Made by a program: the position numbers and the translations under genes. Source: Auanema rhodensis (Eukaryota; Animalia; Nematoda). Taken from it: a stretch of DNA of 64,000 nt. This document shows, piece after piece, positions 26,047 through 38,300 of this stretch. A model generated the notes under the pieces. The model saw only the letters and a program-made list of their open reading frames with translations, made no database searches and had not been told where the DNA came from. The stretch spans positions 10,106,001-10,170,000 of the forward strand of contig OZ059899.1 of assembly GCA_964057225.1 (NCBI GenBank), read 5' to 3'. Every line of letters starts with the position of its first letter. Position 1 is the stretch's first letter.

Positions 26047-27404
26047 TAAATTTTTTTCATTTCACTTGTCATGTACAAAAATCAAATTTATCTTCTTCAA
26101 CGATTATTTTTGCAATGTGTCATAAAAATTTCACAGTTGAACAAAACGTTTTTTAAGAATTTTTTTTGTTGTCAACATATATATTTTCCTGGAATTCGAA
26201 AGCATTTGGGATGGAAATTAGAAAGAATAGAACTAGTTTTTCCTACTTTAAAACAAACAATAAGAAAAAAAATGAGAAAGATTGTTAGATATCCAATTTA
26301 AACTTATACATTTACTTCGATAAAGAGCCTATCAGTTTGAAATTTTATGTCTTACAGTTCTCCAACAGAACAGACTGATCCTGATTTCTCTATGATTACA
26401 TAAAACTCTCGTTTGATATAAAAAAAGAAGAGGAATAACGTTTCCAGGATGTCAATGATATCGAATCTAGTGATATTGTAGAAAAATGTAATGTCAGCTC
26501 CATAGGTTTTCTCTTAATTTCTCTCATCACAATTGTCTTAGTTTTTTTTCTCAAAAGAGTTTCTGAAATCTTAGGTGAACAAGGCCGTATATATTTTTTT
26601 CTGGAATTCGAAAGCATTTGGGATGGAAATTGGAAAGAAAAGAACTAGTTTTTCGTACTTTAAAACTAACAATGAGAAATAAAAAAAAAAGATTGTTAGA
26701 TATCCAATTTAAACTTATACATTTACTTCGATAAAGAGCCTATTAGTTTGAAATTTTATGTCTTACAGTTCTCCAACAGAACAGACTGATCCTGATTTCT
26801 CTATGATTACATAAAACTCTCGTTTGATATAAAAAAAGAAGAGGAATAACGTTTCCAGGATGTCAATGATATCGAATCTAGTGATATTGTAGAAAAATGT
26901 AATGTCAGCTCCATAGGTTTTCTCTTAATTTCTCTCATCACAATTGTCTTAGTTTTTTTTCTCATAAGAGTTTCTGAAATCTTAGGTGAACAAGGCCGTA
27001 TATATTTTTTTCTGGAATTCGAAAGCATTTGGGATGGATATTAGAAGGAAAAGAACTAGTTTTTCCTACTTTAAAACAAACAATAAGAAATAAAATAAAA
27101 AAGATTGTTAGATATCCAATTAAAACGTATACATTTACTTTGATAAAGAGCCTATTAGATTGAAATTTTATGTCTTACAGTTCTCCAACAGAACAGACTG
27201 ATCCTGATTTCTCTATGATTACATAAAACTCTCGTTTGATATAAAAAAAGAAGAGGAATAACGTTTCCAGGATGTCAATGATATCGAATCTAGTGATATT
27301 GTAGAAAAATGTAATGTCAGCTCTATAGTTTTTCTCTTAATTTCTCTCATCACAATAGTCTTAGTTTTTTTTTCATAAGAGTTTCTGAAATCTTAGTTGA
27401 ACCA

Positions 27405-27477
27405 GGCCGCGTGGCGCAATGGATAACGCGTCTGCCTACGGAGCAGAAGATTGTAGGTTCGAATCCTGCCGTGGTCG
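27405..27477 (+). tRNA. tRNA-Arg(ACG): tRNA-Arg(ACG), copy 25 (interrupted terminator TTGTTTT)
   Basis: Gene body identical to copy 1. Confidence 0.97.
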
Positions 27478-28668
27478 TAAATTGTTTTCATTTCACTTGT
27501 CATTTACAAAAATCGAATTTATCTTCTTCAACCATTATTTTTGCAATGTGTCATAAGAATTTCACAGTTGAACAGAACGTTTTTTAAGAAGTTTTTTTGT
27601 TGTCAACATATATATTTTCCTGAAATTCGAAAGCATTTGGGATGAAAATTAGAAAGAAAAGAACTAGTTTTTCCTACTTTAAAACAAACAATAAGAAATA
27701 AAATGAAAAAGATTGTTAGATATCCAATTTAAACTCATACATTTACTTCGATAAAGAGCCTATTAGTTTGAAATTTTATGTCTTACAGTTCTCCAACAGA
27801 ACAGACTGATCCTGATATTTCTACGATTACATAAAACTCTCGTTTGATATAAAAGCATATTGGATAGAAATTTCGAAAGCATTCGGGATGGAAATTAGAA
27901 AGAAACAAACTAGTTTTTCCTACTTTAAAACAAACAATGAGAAACAAAATGAAAAGATTGTTAGATATCCAATTTTAACTTATACATTTACTTCGATGAA
28001 GAGCCTATTAGATTGAATTTTTATGTCTTACAGTTCTCCAACAGAACAGACTGATCCTGATTTTTCTACGATTACATAAAACTCTCGTTTGATATACAAA
28101 AAGGAGAGGAATAACGTTTCCAGGATATCAATGATATCGAATCTAGTGATATTGTAGAAAAATGTAATGTCAGCTCCATAGGTTTTCTTTTAATTTCTCT
28201 CATCACAATTGTCTTAGTTTTTTTTCTCATAAGAGTTTCTGAAATCTTAGGTGTACAAGGCCGTATATATTTTCCTGGAATTCGAAAGGATTTGGGATGA
28301 AAATTAGAAAGAAAAGAACTAGTTTTTCCTACTTTAAAACAAACAATAGGAGATAAAATGAAAAAGATTGTTAGATATCCAATTTAAACTTATACATTTA
28401 CTTCGATAAAGAGCCTATTAGTTTGAAATTTTATGTCTTACAGTTCTACAACAGAACAGACTGATCCTGATTTCTCTATGATTACATAAAACTCTCGTTT
28501 GATATACAAAAAGGAGAGGAGTAACGTTTCCAGGATATCAATGATATCGAATCTAGTGATATTGTAGAAAAATGTAATGTCAGCTCCATAGGTTTTCTCT
28601 TAATTTCTCTCATCACAATTGTCTTAGTTTTTTTTCTCATAAGAGTTTCTGAAATCTTAGTTGATCAA

Positions 28669-28741
28669 GGCCGCGTGGCGCAATGGATAACGCGTCTGCC
28701 TACGGAGCAGAAGATTGTAGGTTCGAATCCTGCCGTGGTCG
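28669..28741 (+). tRNA. tRNA-Arg(ACG): tRNA-Arg(ACG), copy 26
   Basis: Identical to copy 1. Confidence 0.97.
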
Positions 28742-30099
28742 TAAATTTTTTTCATTTCTCTTGTCATTTACAAAAATCGAATTTATCTTCTTCAACCATT
28801 TTTTTTGCAATGTGTCATAAGAATTTCACAGTTGAACAGAACGTTTTTTAAGAAGATTTTTTGTTGTCAACATATATATTTTTCTGGAATTCGAAAGCAT
28901 TTGGGATGGAAATTAGAAAGAAAAGAACTAGTTTTTCCTACTTTAAAACAAACAATAAGAAAAAAAATGAGAAAGATTGTTAGATATCCAATTTAAACTT
29001 ATACATTTACTTCGATAAAGAGCCTATCAGTTTGAAATTTTATGTCTTACAGTTCTCCAACAGAACAGACTGATCCTGATTTCTCTACGATTACATAAAA
29101 CTCTCGTTTGATATAAAAAAAGAAGAGGAATAACGTTTCCAGGATGTCAATGATATTGAATCTAGTGATATTGTAGAAAAATGTAATGTCAGCTCCATAG
29201 GTTTTCTCTTAATTTCTCTCATCACAATTGTCTTAGTTTTTTTTCTCAAAAGAGTTTCTGAAATCTTAGGTGAACAAGGCCGTATATATTTTTTTCTGGA
29301 ATTCGAAAGCATTTGGGATGGAAATTGGAAAGAAAAGAACTAGTTTTTCGTACTTTAAAACTAACAATGAGAAATAAAAAAAAAAGATTGTTAGATATCC
29401 AATTTAAACTTATACATTTACTTCGATAAAGAGCCTATTAGTTTGAAATTTTATGTCTTACAGTTCTCCAACAGAACAGACTGATCCTGATTTCTCTATG
29501 ATTACATAAAACTCTCGTTTGATATAAAAAAAGAAGAGGAATAACGTTTCCAGGATGTCAATGATATCGAATCTAGTGATATTGTAGAAAAATGTAATGT
29601 CAGCTCCATAGGTTTTCTCTTAATTTCTCTCATCACAATTGTCTTAGTTTTTTTTCTCATAAGAGTTTCTGAAATCTTAGGTGAACAAGGCCGTATATAT
29701 TTTTTTCTGGAATTCGAAAGCATTTGGGATGGATATTAGAAGGAAAAGAACTAGTTTTTCATACTTTAAAACAAACAATAAGAAATAAAATAAAAAAGAT
29801 TGTTAGATATCCAATTAAAACGTATACATTTACTTTGATAAAGAGCCTATTAGATTGAAATTTTATGTCTTACAGTTCTCCAACAGAACAGACTGATCCT
29901 GATTTCTCTATGATTACATAAAACTCTCGTTTGATATAAAAAAAGAAGAGGAATAACGTTTCCAGGATGTCAATGATATCGAATCTAGTGATATTGTAGA
30001 AAAATGTAATGTCAGCTCTATAGTTTTTCTCTTAATTTCTCTCATCACAATAGTCTTAGTTTTTTTTTCATAAGAGTTTCTGAAATCTTAGTTGAACCA

Positions 30100-30172
30100 G
30101 GCCGCGTGGCGCAATGGATAACGCGTCTGCCTACGGAGCAGAAGATTGTAGGTTCGAATCCTGCCGTGGTCG
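30100..30172 (+). tRNA. tRNA-Arg(ACG): tRNA-Arg(ACG), copy 27 (interrupted terminator TTGTTTTG)
   Basis: Gene body identical to copy 1. Confidence 0.97.
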
Positions 30173-31362
30173 TAAATTGTTTTGATTTCACTTGTCATTT
30201 ACAAAAATCGAATTTATCTTCTTCAACCATTATTTTTGCAATGTGTCATAAGAATTTCACAGTTGAACAGAACGTTTTTTAAGAAGTTTTTTTGTTGTCA
30301 ACATATATATTTTCCTGAAATTCGAAAGCATTTGGGATGAAAATTAGAAAGAAAAGAACTAGTTTTTCCTACTTTAAAACAAACAATAAGAAATAAAATG
30401 AAAAAGATTGTTAGATATCCAATTTAAACTTATACATTTACTTCGATAAAGAGCCTATTAGTTTGAAATTTTATGTCTTACAGTTCTCCAACAGAACAGA
30501 CTGATCCTGATATTTCTACGATTACATAAAACTCTCGTTTGATATAAAAGCATATTGGATAGAAATTTCGAAAGCATTTGGGATGGAAATTAGAAAAAAA
30601 CAAACTAGTTTTTCCTACTTTAAAACAAACAATGAGAAACAAAATGAAAAGATTGTTAGATATCCAATTTTAACTTATACATTTACTTCGATGAAGAGCC
30701 TATTAGATTGAATTTTTATGTCTTACAGTTCTCCAACAGAACAGACTGATCCTGATTTTTCTACGATTACATAAAACTCTCGTTTGATATACAAAAAGGA
30801 GAGGAATAACGTTTCCAGGATATCAATGATATCGAATCTAGTGATATTGTAGAAAAATGTAATGTCAGCTCCATAGGTTTTCTTTTAATTTCTCTCATCA
30901 CAATTGTCTTAGTTTTTTTTCTCATAAGAGTTTCTGAAATCTTAGGTGTACAAGGCCGTATATATTTTCCTGGAATTCGAAAGGATTTGGGATGGAAATT
31001 AGAAAGAAAAGAACTAGTTTTTCCTACTTTAAAACAAACAATAGAAGATAAAATGAAAAAGATTGTTAGATATCCAATTTAAACTTATACATTTACTTCG
31101 ATAAAGAGCCTATTAGTTTAAAATTTTATGTCTTACAGTTCTACAACAGAACAGACTGATCCTGATTTCTCTATGATTACATAAAACTCTCGTTTGATAT
31201 ACAAAAAGGAGAGGAATAACAATTCCAGGATATCAATGATATCGAATCTAGTGATATTGTAGAAAAATGTAATGTCAGCTCCATAGGTTTTCTCTTAATT
31301 TCTCTCATCACAATAGTCTTAGTTTTTTTTTCATAAGAGTTTCTGAAATCTTAGTTGAACCA

Positions 31363-31435
31363 GGCCGCGTGGCGCAATGGATAACGCGTCTGCCTACGGA
31401 GCAGAAGATTGTAGGTTCGAATCCTGCCGTGGTCG
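31363..31435 (+). tRNA. tRNA-Arg(ACG): tRNA-Arg(ACG), copy 28
   Basis: Identical to copy 1. Confidence 0.97.
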
Positions 31436-32625
31436 TAAATTTTTTTCATTTCACTTGTCATTTACAAAAATCGAATTTATCTTCTTCAACCATTATTTTT
31501 GCAATGTGTCATAAGAATTTCACAGTTGAACAGAACGTTTTTTAAGAAGTTTTTTTGTTGTCAACATATATATTTTCCTGAAATTCGAAAGCATTTGGGA
31601 TGAAAATTAGAAAGAAAAGAACTAGTTTTTCCTACTTTAAAACAAACAATAAAAAATAAAATGAAAAAGATTGTTAGATATCCAATTTAAACTTATACAT
31701 TTACTTCGATAAAGAGCCTATTAGTTTGAAATTTTATGTCTTACAGTTCTCCAACAGAACAGACTGATCCTGATTTCTCTATGATTACATAAAACTCTCG
31801 TTTGATATAAAAGCATATTGGATAGAAATTTCGAAAGCATTTGGGATGGAAATTAGAAAGAAACAAACTAGTTTTTCCTACTTTAAAACAAACAATGAGA
31901 AACAAAATGAAAAGATTGTTAGATATCCAATTTTAACTTATACATTTACTTCGATGAAGAGCCTATTAGATTGAATTTTTATGTCTTACAGTTCTCCAAC
32001 AGAACAGACTGATCCTGATTTTTCTACGATTACATAAAACTCTCGTTTGATATACAAAAAGGAGAGGAATAACGTTTCCAGGATATCAATGATATCGAAT
32101 CTAGTGATATTGTAGAAAAATGTAATGTCAGCTCCATAGGTTTTCTTTTAATTTCTCTCATCACAATTGTCTTAGTTTTTTTTCTCATAAGAGTTTCTGA
32201 AATCTTAGGTGTACAAGGCCGTATATATTTTCCTGGAATTCGAAAGGATTTGGGATGGAAATTAGAAAGAAAAGAACTAGTTTTTCCTACTTTAAAACAA
32301 ACAATAGAAGATAAAATGAAAAAGATTGTTAGATATCCAATTTAAACTTATACATTTACTTCGATAAAGAGCCTATTAGTTTGAAATTTTATGTCTTACA
32401 GTTCTACAACAGAACAGACTGATCCTGATTTCTCTATGATTACATAAAACTCTCGTTTGATATACAAAAAGGAGAGGAATAACAATTCCAGGATATCAAT
32501 GATATCGAATCTAGTGATATTGTAGAAAAATGTAAGGTCAGCTCCATAGGTTTTCTCTTAATTTCTCTCATCACAATAGTCTTAGTTTTTTTTTCATAAG
32601 AGTTTCTGAAATCTTAGTTGATCAA

Positions 32626-32698
32626 GGCCGCGTGGCGCAATGGATAACGCGTCTGCCTACGGAGCAGAAGATTGTAGGTTCGAATCCTGCCGTGGTCG
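32626..32698 (+). tRNA. tRNA-Arg(ACG): tRNA-Arg(ACG), copy 29
   Basis: Identical to copy 1. Confidence 0.97.
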
Positions 32699-33479
32699 TA
32701 AATTTTTTTCATTTCACTTGTCATTTACAAAAATCGAATTTATCTTCTTCAACCATTATTTTTGCAATGTGTCATAAGAATTTCACAGTTGAACAGAACG
32801 TTTTTTAAGAAGTTTTTTTGTTGTCAACATATATATTTTCCTGAAATTCGAAAGCATTTGGGATGGAAATTAGAAAGAAAAGAACTAGTTTTTCCTACTT
32901 TAAAACAAACAATAAAAAATGAAATGAAAAAGATTGTTAGATATCCAATTTAAACTTATACATTTACTTCGATAAAGAGCCTATTAGTTTGAAATTTTAT
33001 GTCTTACAGTTCTCCAACAGAACAGACTGATCCTGATTTCTCTATGATTACATAAAACTCTCGTTTGATATAAAAGCATATTGGATAGAAATTTCGAAAG
33101 CATTTGGGATGGAAATTAGAAAGAAACAAACTAGTTTTTCCTACTTTAAAACAAACAATGAGAAACAAAATGAAAAGATTGTTAGATATCCAATTTTAAC
33201 TTATACATTTACTTCGATGAAGAGCCTATTAGATTGAATTTTTATGTCTTACAGTTCTCCAACAGAACAGACTGATCCTGATTTTTCTACGATTACATAA
33301 AACTCTCGTTTGATATACAAAAAGGAGAGGAATAACGTTTCCAGGATATCAATGATATCGAATCTAGTGATATTGTAGAAAAATGTAATGTCAGCTCCAT
33401 AGGTTTTCTTTTAATTTCTCTCATCACAATTGTCTTAGTTTTTTTTCTCATAAGAGTTTCTGAAATCTTAGTTGATCAA

Positions 33480-33552
33480 GGCCGCGTGGCGCAATGGATA
33501 ACGCGTCTGCCTACGGAGTAGAAGATTGTAGGTTCGAATCCTGCCGTGGTCG
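33480..33552 (+). tRNA. tRNA-Arg(ACG): tRNA-Arg(ACG), copy 30, C40T variant
   Basis: GGAGTAGAAG instead of GGAGCAGAAG (T at 33519), giving a G30:U40 wobble in the anticodon stem. Confidence 0.94.
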
Positions 33553-35399
33553 TAAATTTTTTTCACTTCTCTTGTCATTTACAAAAATCGAATTTATCTT
33601 CTTCAACCATTTTTTTTGCAATGTGTCATAAGAATTTCACAGTTGAACAGAACGTTTTTTAAGAAGATTTTTTGTTGTCAACATATATATTTTTCTGGAA
33701 TTCGAAAGCATTTGGGATGGAAATTAGAAAGAAAAGAACTAGTTTTTCCTACTTTAAAACAAACAATAAAAAATGAAATGAAAAAGATTGTTAGATATCC
33801 AATTTAAACTTATACATTTACTTCGATAAAGAGCCTATTAGTTTGAAATTTTATGTCTTACAGTTCTCCAACAGAACAGACTGATCCTGATTTCTCTATG
33901 ATTACATAAAACTCTCGTTTGATATAAAAAAAGAAGAGGAATAACGTTTCCAGGATGTCAATGATATCGAATCTAGTGATATTGTAGAAAAATGTAATGT
34001 CAGCTCCATAGGTTTTCTCTTAATTTCTCTCATCACAATTGTCTTAGTTTTTTTTCTCAAAAGAGTTTCTGAAATCTTAGGTGAACAAGGCCGTATATAT
34101 TTTTTTCTGGAATTCGAAAGCATTTGGGATGGAAATTGGAAAGAAAAGAACTAGTTTTTCCTACTTTAAAACAAACAATGAGAAATAAAATGAAAAAGAT
34201 TGTTAGATATCCAATTTAAACTTATACATTTACTTCGATATAAAGCCTATTAGATTGAAATTTTATGTCTTACAGTTCTCCAACAGAACAGACTGATCCT
34301 GATTTCTCTATGATTACATAAAACTCTCGTTTGATATAAAAAAAGAAGAGGAATAACGTTTCCAGGATGTCAATGATATCGAATCTAGTGATATTGTAGA
34401 AAAATGTAATGTCAGCTCCATAGGTTTTCTCTTAATTTCTCTCATCACAATTGTCTTAGTTTTTTTTCTCAAAAGAGTTTCTGAAATCTTAGGTGAACAA
34501 GGCCGTATATATTTTTTTTCTGGAATTCGAAAGCATTTGGGATGGAAATTGGAAAGAAAAGAACTAGTTTTTCCTACTTTAAAACAAACAATGAGAAATA
34601 AAAAAAAAAAGATTGTTAGATATCCAATTTAAACTTATACATTTACTTCGATAAAGAGCCTATTAGTTTGAAGTTTTATGTCTTACAGTTCTCCAACAGA
34701 ACAGACTGATCCTGATTTCTCTATGATTACATAAAACTCTCGTTTGATATAAAAAAAGAAGAGGAATAACGTTTCCAGGATGTCAATGATATCGAATCTA
34801 GTGATATTGTAGAAAAATGTAATGTCAGCTCCATAGGTTTTCTCTTAATTTCTCTCATCACAATTGTCTTAGTTTTTTTTCTCATAAGAGTTTCTGAAAT
34901 CTTAGGTGAACAAGGCCGTATATATTTTTTTCTGGAATTCGAAAGCATTTGGGATGGATATTAGAAGGAAAAGAACTAGTTTTTCCTACTTTAAAACAAA
35001 CAATAAGAAATAAAATAAAAAAGATTGTTAGATATCCAATTAAAACTTATACATTTACTTTGATAAAGAGCCTATTAGATTGAAATTTTATATCTTACAG
35101 TTCTCCAACAGAACAGACTGATCCTGATTTCTCTATGATTACATAAAACTCTCGTTTGATATAAAAAAAGAAGAGGAATAACGTTTCCAGGATGTCAATG
35201 ATATCGAATCTAGTGATATTGTAGAAAAATGTAATGTCAGCTCTATAGGTTTTCTCTTAATTTCTCTCATCACAATTGTCTTAGTTTTTTTTCTCATAAG
35301 AGTTTCTGAAATCTTAGGTGAACAAGGCCGTATATATTTTTTTCTGGAATTCGAAAGCATTTGGGATGGAAATTAGAAAGAAAAGAACTAGTTTTTCCT

Positions 35400-38300
35400 A
35401 CTTTAAAACAAACAATAAGAAATAAAATAAAAAAGATTGTTAGATATCCAATTTAAACTTATACATTTACTTCGATAAAGAGCCTATTAGTTTGAAATTT
35501 TATGTCTTACAGTTCTCCAACAGAACAGACTGATCCTGATTTCTCTATGATTACATAAAACTCTCGTTTGATATAAAAAAAGAAGAGGAATAACGTTTCC
35601 AGGATGTCAATGATATCGAATCTAGTGATATTGTAGAAAAATGTAATGTCAGCTCCATAGGTTTTCTCTTAATTTCTCTCATCACAATTGTCTCAGTTTT
35701 TTTTCTCATAAGAGTTTCTGAAATCTTAGGTGAACAAGGCCGTATATATTTTTTTCTGGAATTCGAAAGCATTTGGGATGGAAATTAGAAGGAAAAGAAC
35801 TAGTTTTTCCTACTTTAAAACAAACAATAAGAAATAAAATAAAAAAGATTGTTAGATATCCAATTTAAACTTATACATTTACTTCGATAAAGAGCCTATT
35901 AGTTTGAAATTTTATGTCTTACAGTTCTCCAACAGAACAGACTGATCCTGATTTCTCTATGATTACATAAAACTCTCGTTTGATATAAAAAAAAGAAGAG
36001 GAATAACGTTTCCAGGATGTCAATGATATCGAATCTAGTGATATTGTAGAAAAATGTAATGTCAGCTCCATAGGTTTTCTCTTAATTTCTCTCATCACAA
36101 TTGTCTTAGTTTTTTTTCTTATAAGAGTTTCTGAAATCTTAGGTGAACAAGGCCGTATATATTTTTTTCTGGAATTCGAAAGCATTTGGGATGGATATTA
36201 GAAGGAAAAGAACTAGTTTTTCCTACTTTAAAACAAACAATAAGAAATAAAATAAAAAAGATTGTTAGATATCCAATTAAAACTTATACATTTACTTCGA
36301 TAAAGAGCCTATTAGTTTGAAATTTTATGTCTTACAGTTCTCCAACAGAACAGACTGATCCTGATTTCTCTATGATTACATAAAACTCTCGTTTGATATA
36401 CAAAAAGGAGAGGAATAACGTTTCCAGGATGTCAATGATATCGAATCTAGTGGTATTGTAAAAAAATGTAATGTCAGCTCCATAGGTTTTCTCTTAATTT
36501 CTCTCATCACAATTGTCTTAGTTTTTTTTCTCATAATTGTTTCTGAAATCTTAGGTGAACAAGGCCGTATATATTTTTTTCTGGAATTCGAAAGCATTTG
36601 GGATGGAAATTAGAAGAAAAGAACTAGTTTTTCCTACTTTAAAACAAACAATAAGAAATAAAATAAAAAAGATTGTTAGATATCCAATTTAAACTTATAC
36701 ATTTACTTCGATAAAGAGCCTATTAGTTTGAAATTTTATGTCTTACAGTTCTCCAACAGAACAGACTGATCCTGATTTCTCTATGATTACATAAAACTCT
36801 CGTTTGATATAAAAAAAGAAGAGGAATAACGTTTCCAGGATGTCAATGATATCGAATCTAGTGATATTGTAAAAAAATGTAATGTCAGCTCCATAGGTTT
36901 TCTCTTAATTTCTCTCATCACAATTGTCTTAGTTTTTTTTCTTATAAGAGTTTCTGAAATTTTAGGTGAACAAGGCCGTATATATTTTTTTCTGGAATTC
37001 GAAAGCATTTGGGATGGAAATTAGAAAGAAAAGAACTAGTTTTTCCTACTTTAAAACAAACAATAAGAAATAAAATAAAAAAGATTGTTAGATATCCAAT
37101 TTAAACTTATACATTTACTTCGATAAAGAGCCTATTAGTTTGAAATTTTATGTCTTACAGTTCTCCAACAGAACAGACTGATCCTGATTTCTCTATGATT
37201 ACATAAAACTCTTGTTTGATATAAAAAAAGAAGAGGAATAACGTTTCCAGGATGTCAATGATATCGAATCTAGTGATATTGTAGAAAAATGTAATGTCAG
37301 CTCCATAGGTTTTCTCTTAATTTCTCTCATCACAATTGTCTTAGTTTTTTTCTCATAAGAGTTTCTGAAATCTTAGGTGAACAAGGCCGTATATATTTTT
37401 TTCTGGAATTCGAAAGCATTTGGGATGGAAATTAGAAAGAAAAGAACTAGTTTTTCCTATTTTAAAACAAACAAAAAAAAAAATGAAAAAGTTTGTTAGA
37501 TATCCAATTTAAACTTATACATTTACTTCGATAAAGAGCCTATTAGTTTGAAATTTTATGTCTTACAGTTCTCCAACAGAACAGACTGATCCTGATTTCT
37601 CTATGATTACATAAAACTCTCGTTTGATATAAAAAAAGAAGAGGAATAACGTTTCCAGGATGTCAATGATATCGAATCTAGTGATATTGTAGAAAAATGT
37701 AATGTCAGCTCCATAGGTTTTCTCTTAATTTCTCTCATCACAATTGTCTTAGTTTTTTTTCTCATTAGAGATTCTGAAATCTTAGGTGAACAAGGCCGTA
37801 TATGTTTTTTTCTGGAATTCGAAAGCATTTGGGATGGACATTAGAAGGAAAAGAACTAGTTTTTCCTACTTTAAAACAAACAAAAAAAAATGAAATGAAA
37901 AAGATTGTTAGATATCCAATTTAAACTTATACATTTACTTCGATAAAGAGCCTATTAGTTTGAAATTTTATGTCTTACAGTTCTCCAACAGAACAGACTG
38001 ATCCTGATTTCTCTATGATTACATAAAACTCTCGTTTGATATAAAAAAAAAAGAGGAATAACGTTTCCAGGATGTCAATGATATGGAATCTAGTGATATT
38101 GTAAAAAAATGTAATGTCAGCTCCATAGGTTTTCTCTTAATTTCTCTCATCACAATTGTCTTAGTTTTTTTTCTTATAAGAGTTTCTGAAATTTTAGGTG
38201 AACAAGGCCGTATATATTTTTTTCTGGAATTCGAAAGCATTTGGGATGGAAATTAGGAAGAAAAGAACTAGTTTTTCCTATTTTAAAACAAACAAAAAAA

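Larger units (their letters stand above)
20150..26200 (+). repeat. ~2723-bp higher-order repeat (T-S-T-S-A-T, three tRNAs per unit; boundaries approximate)
   Basis: G2A tRNAs 20527->23251->25974; also 21381->24104 and 22644->25367. A related unit lies at 13980/14834->16705/17559 (offset 2725). Confidence 0.88.
26250..31300 (+). repeat. ~2695-bp higher-order duplication (boundaries approximate)
   Basis: ORFs 26396->29091 and 26807->29502; tRNAs with the TTGTTTT terminator 27405->30100. Confidence 0.85.
1..33700 (+). repeat. tRNA-rich domain: mixed T/S/A monomers with 30 complete tRNA genes
   Basis: tRNA start-to-start spacings are quantised: 606-607 (T), 852-854 (S+T), 1261-1264 (S+A+T), 1431 (2A+T), 1668 (S+2A+T), 2081-2083 (S+3A+T). 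Confidence 0.95.
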
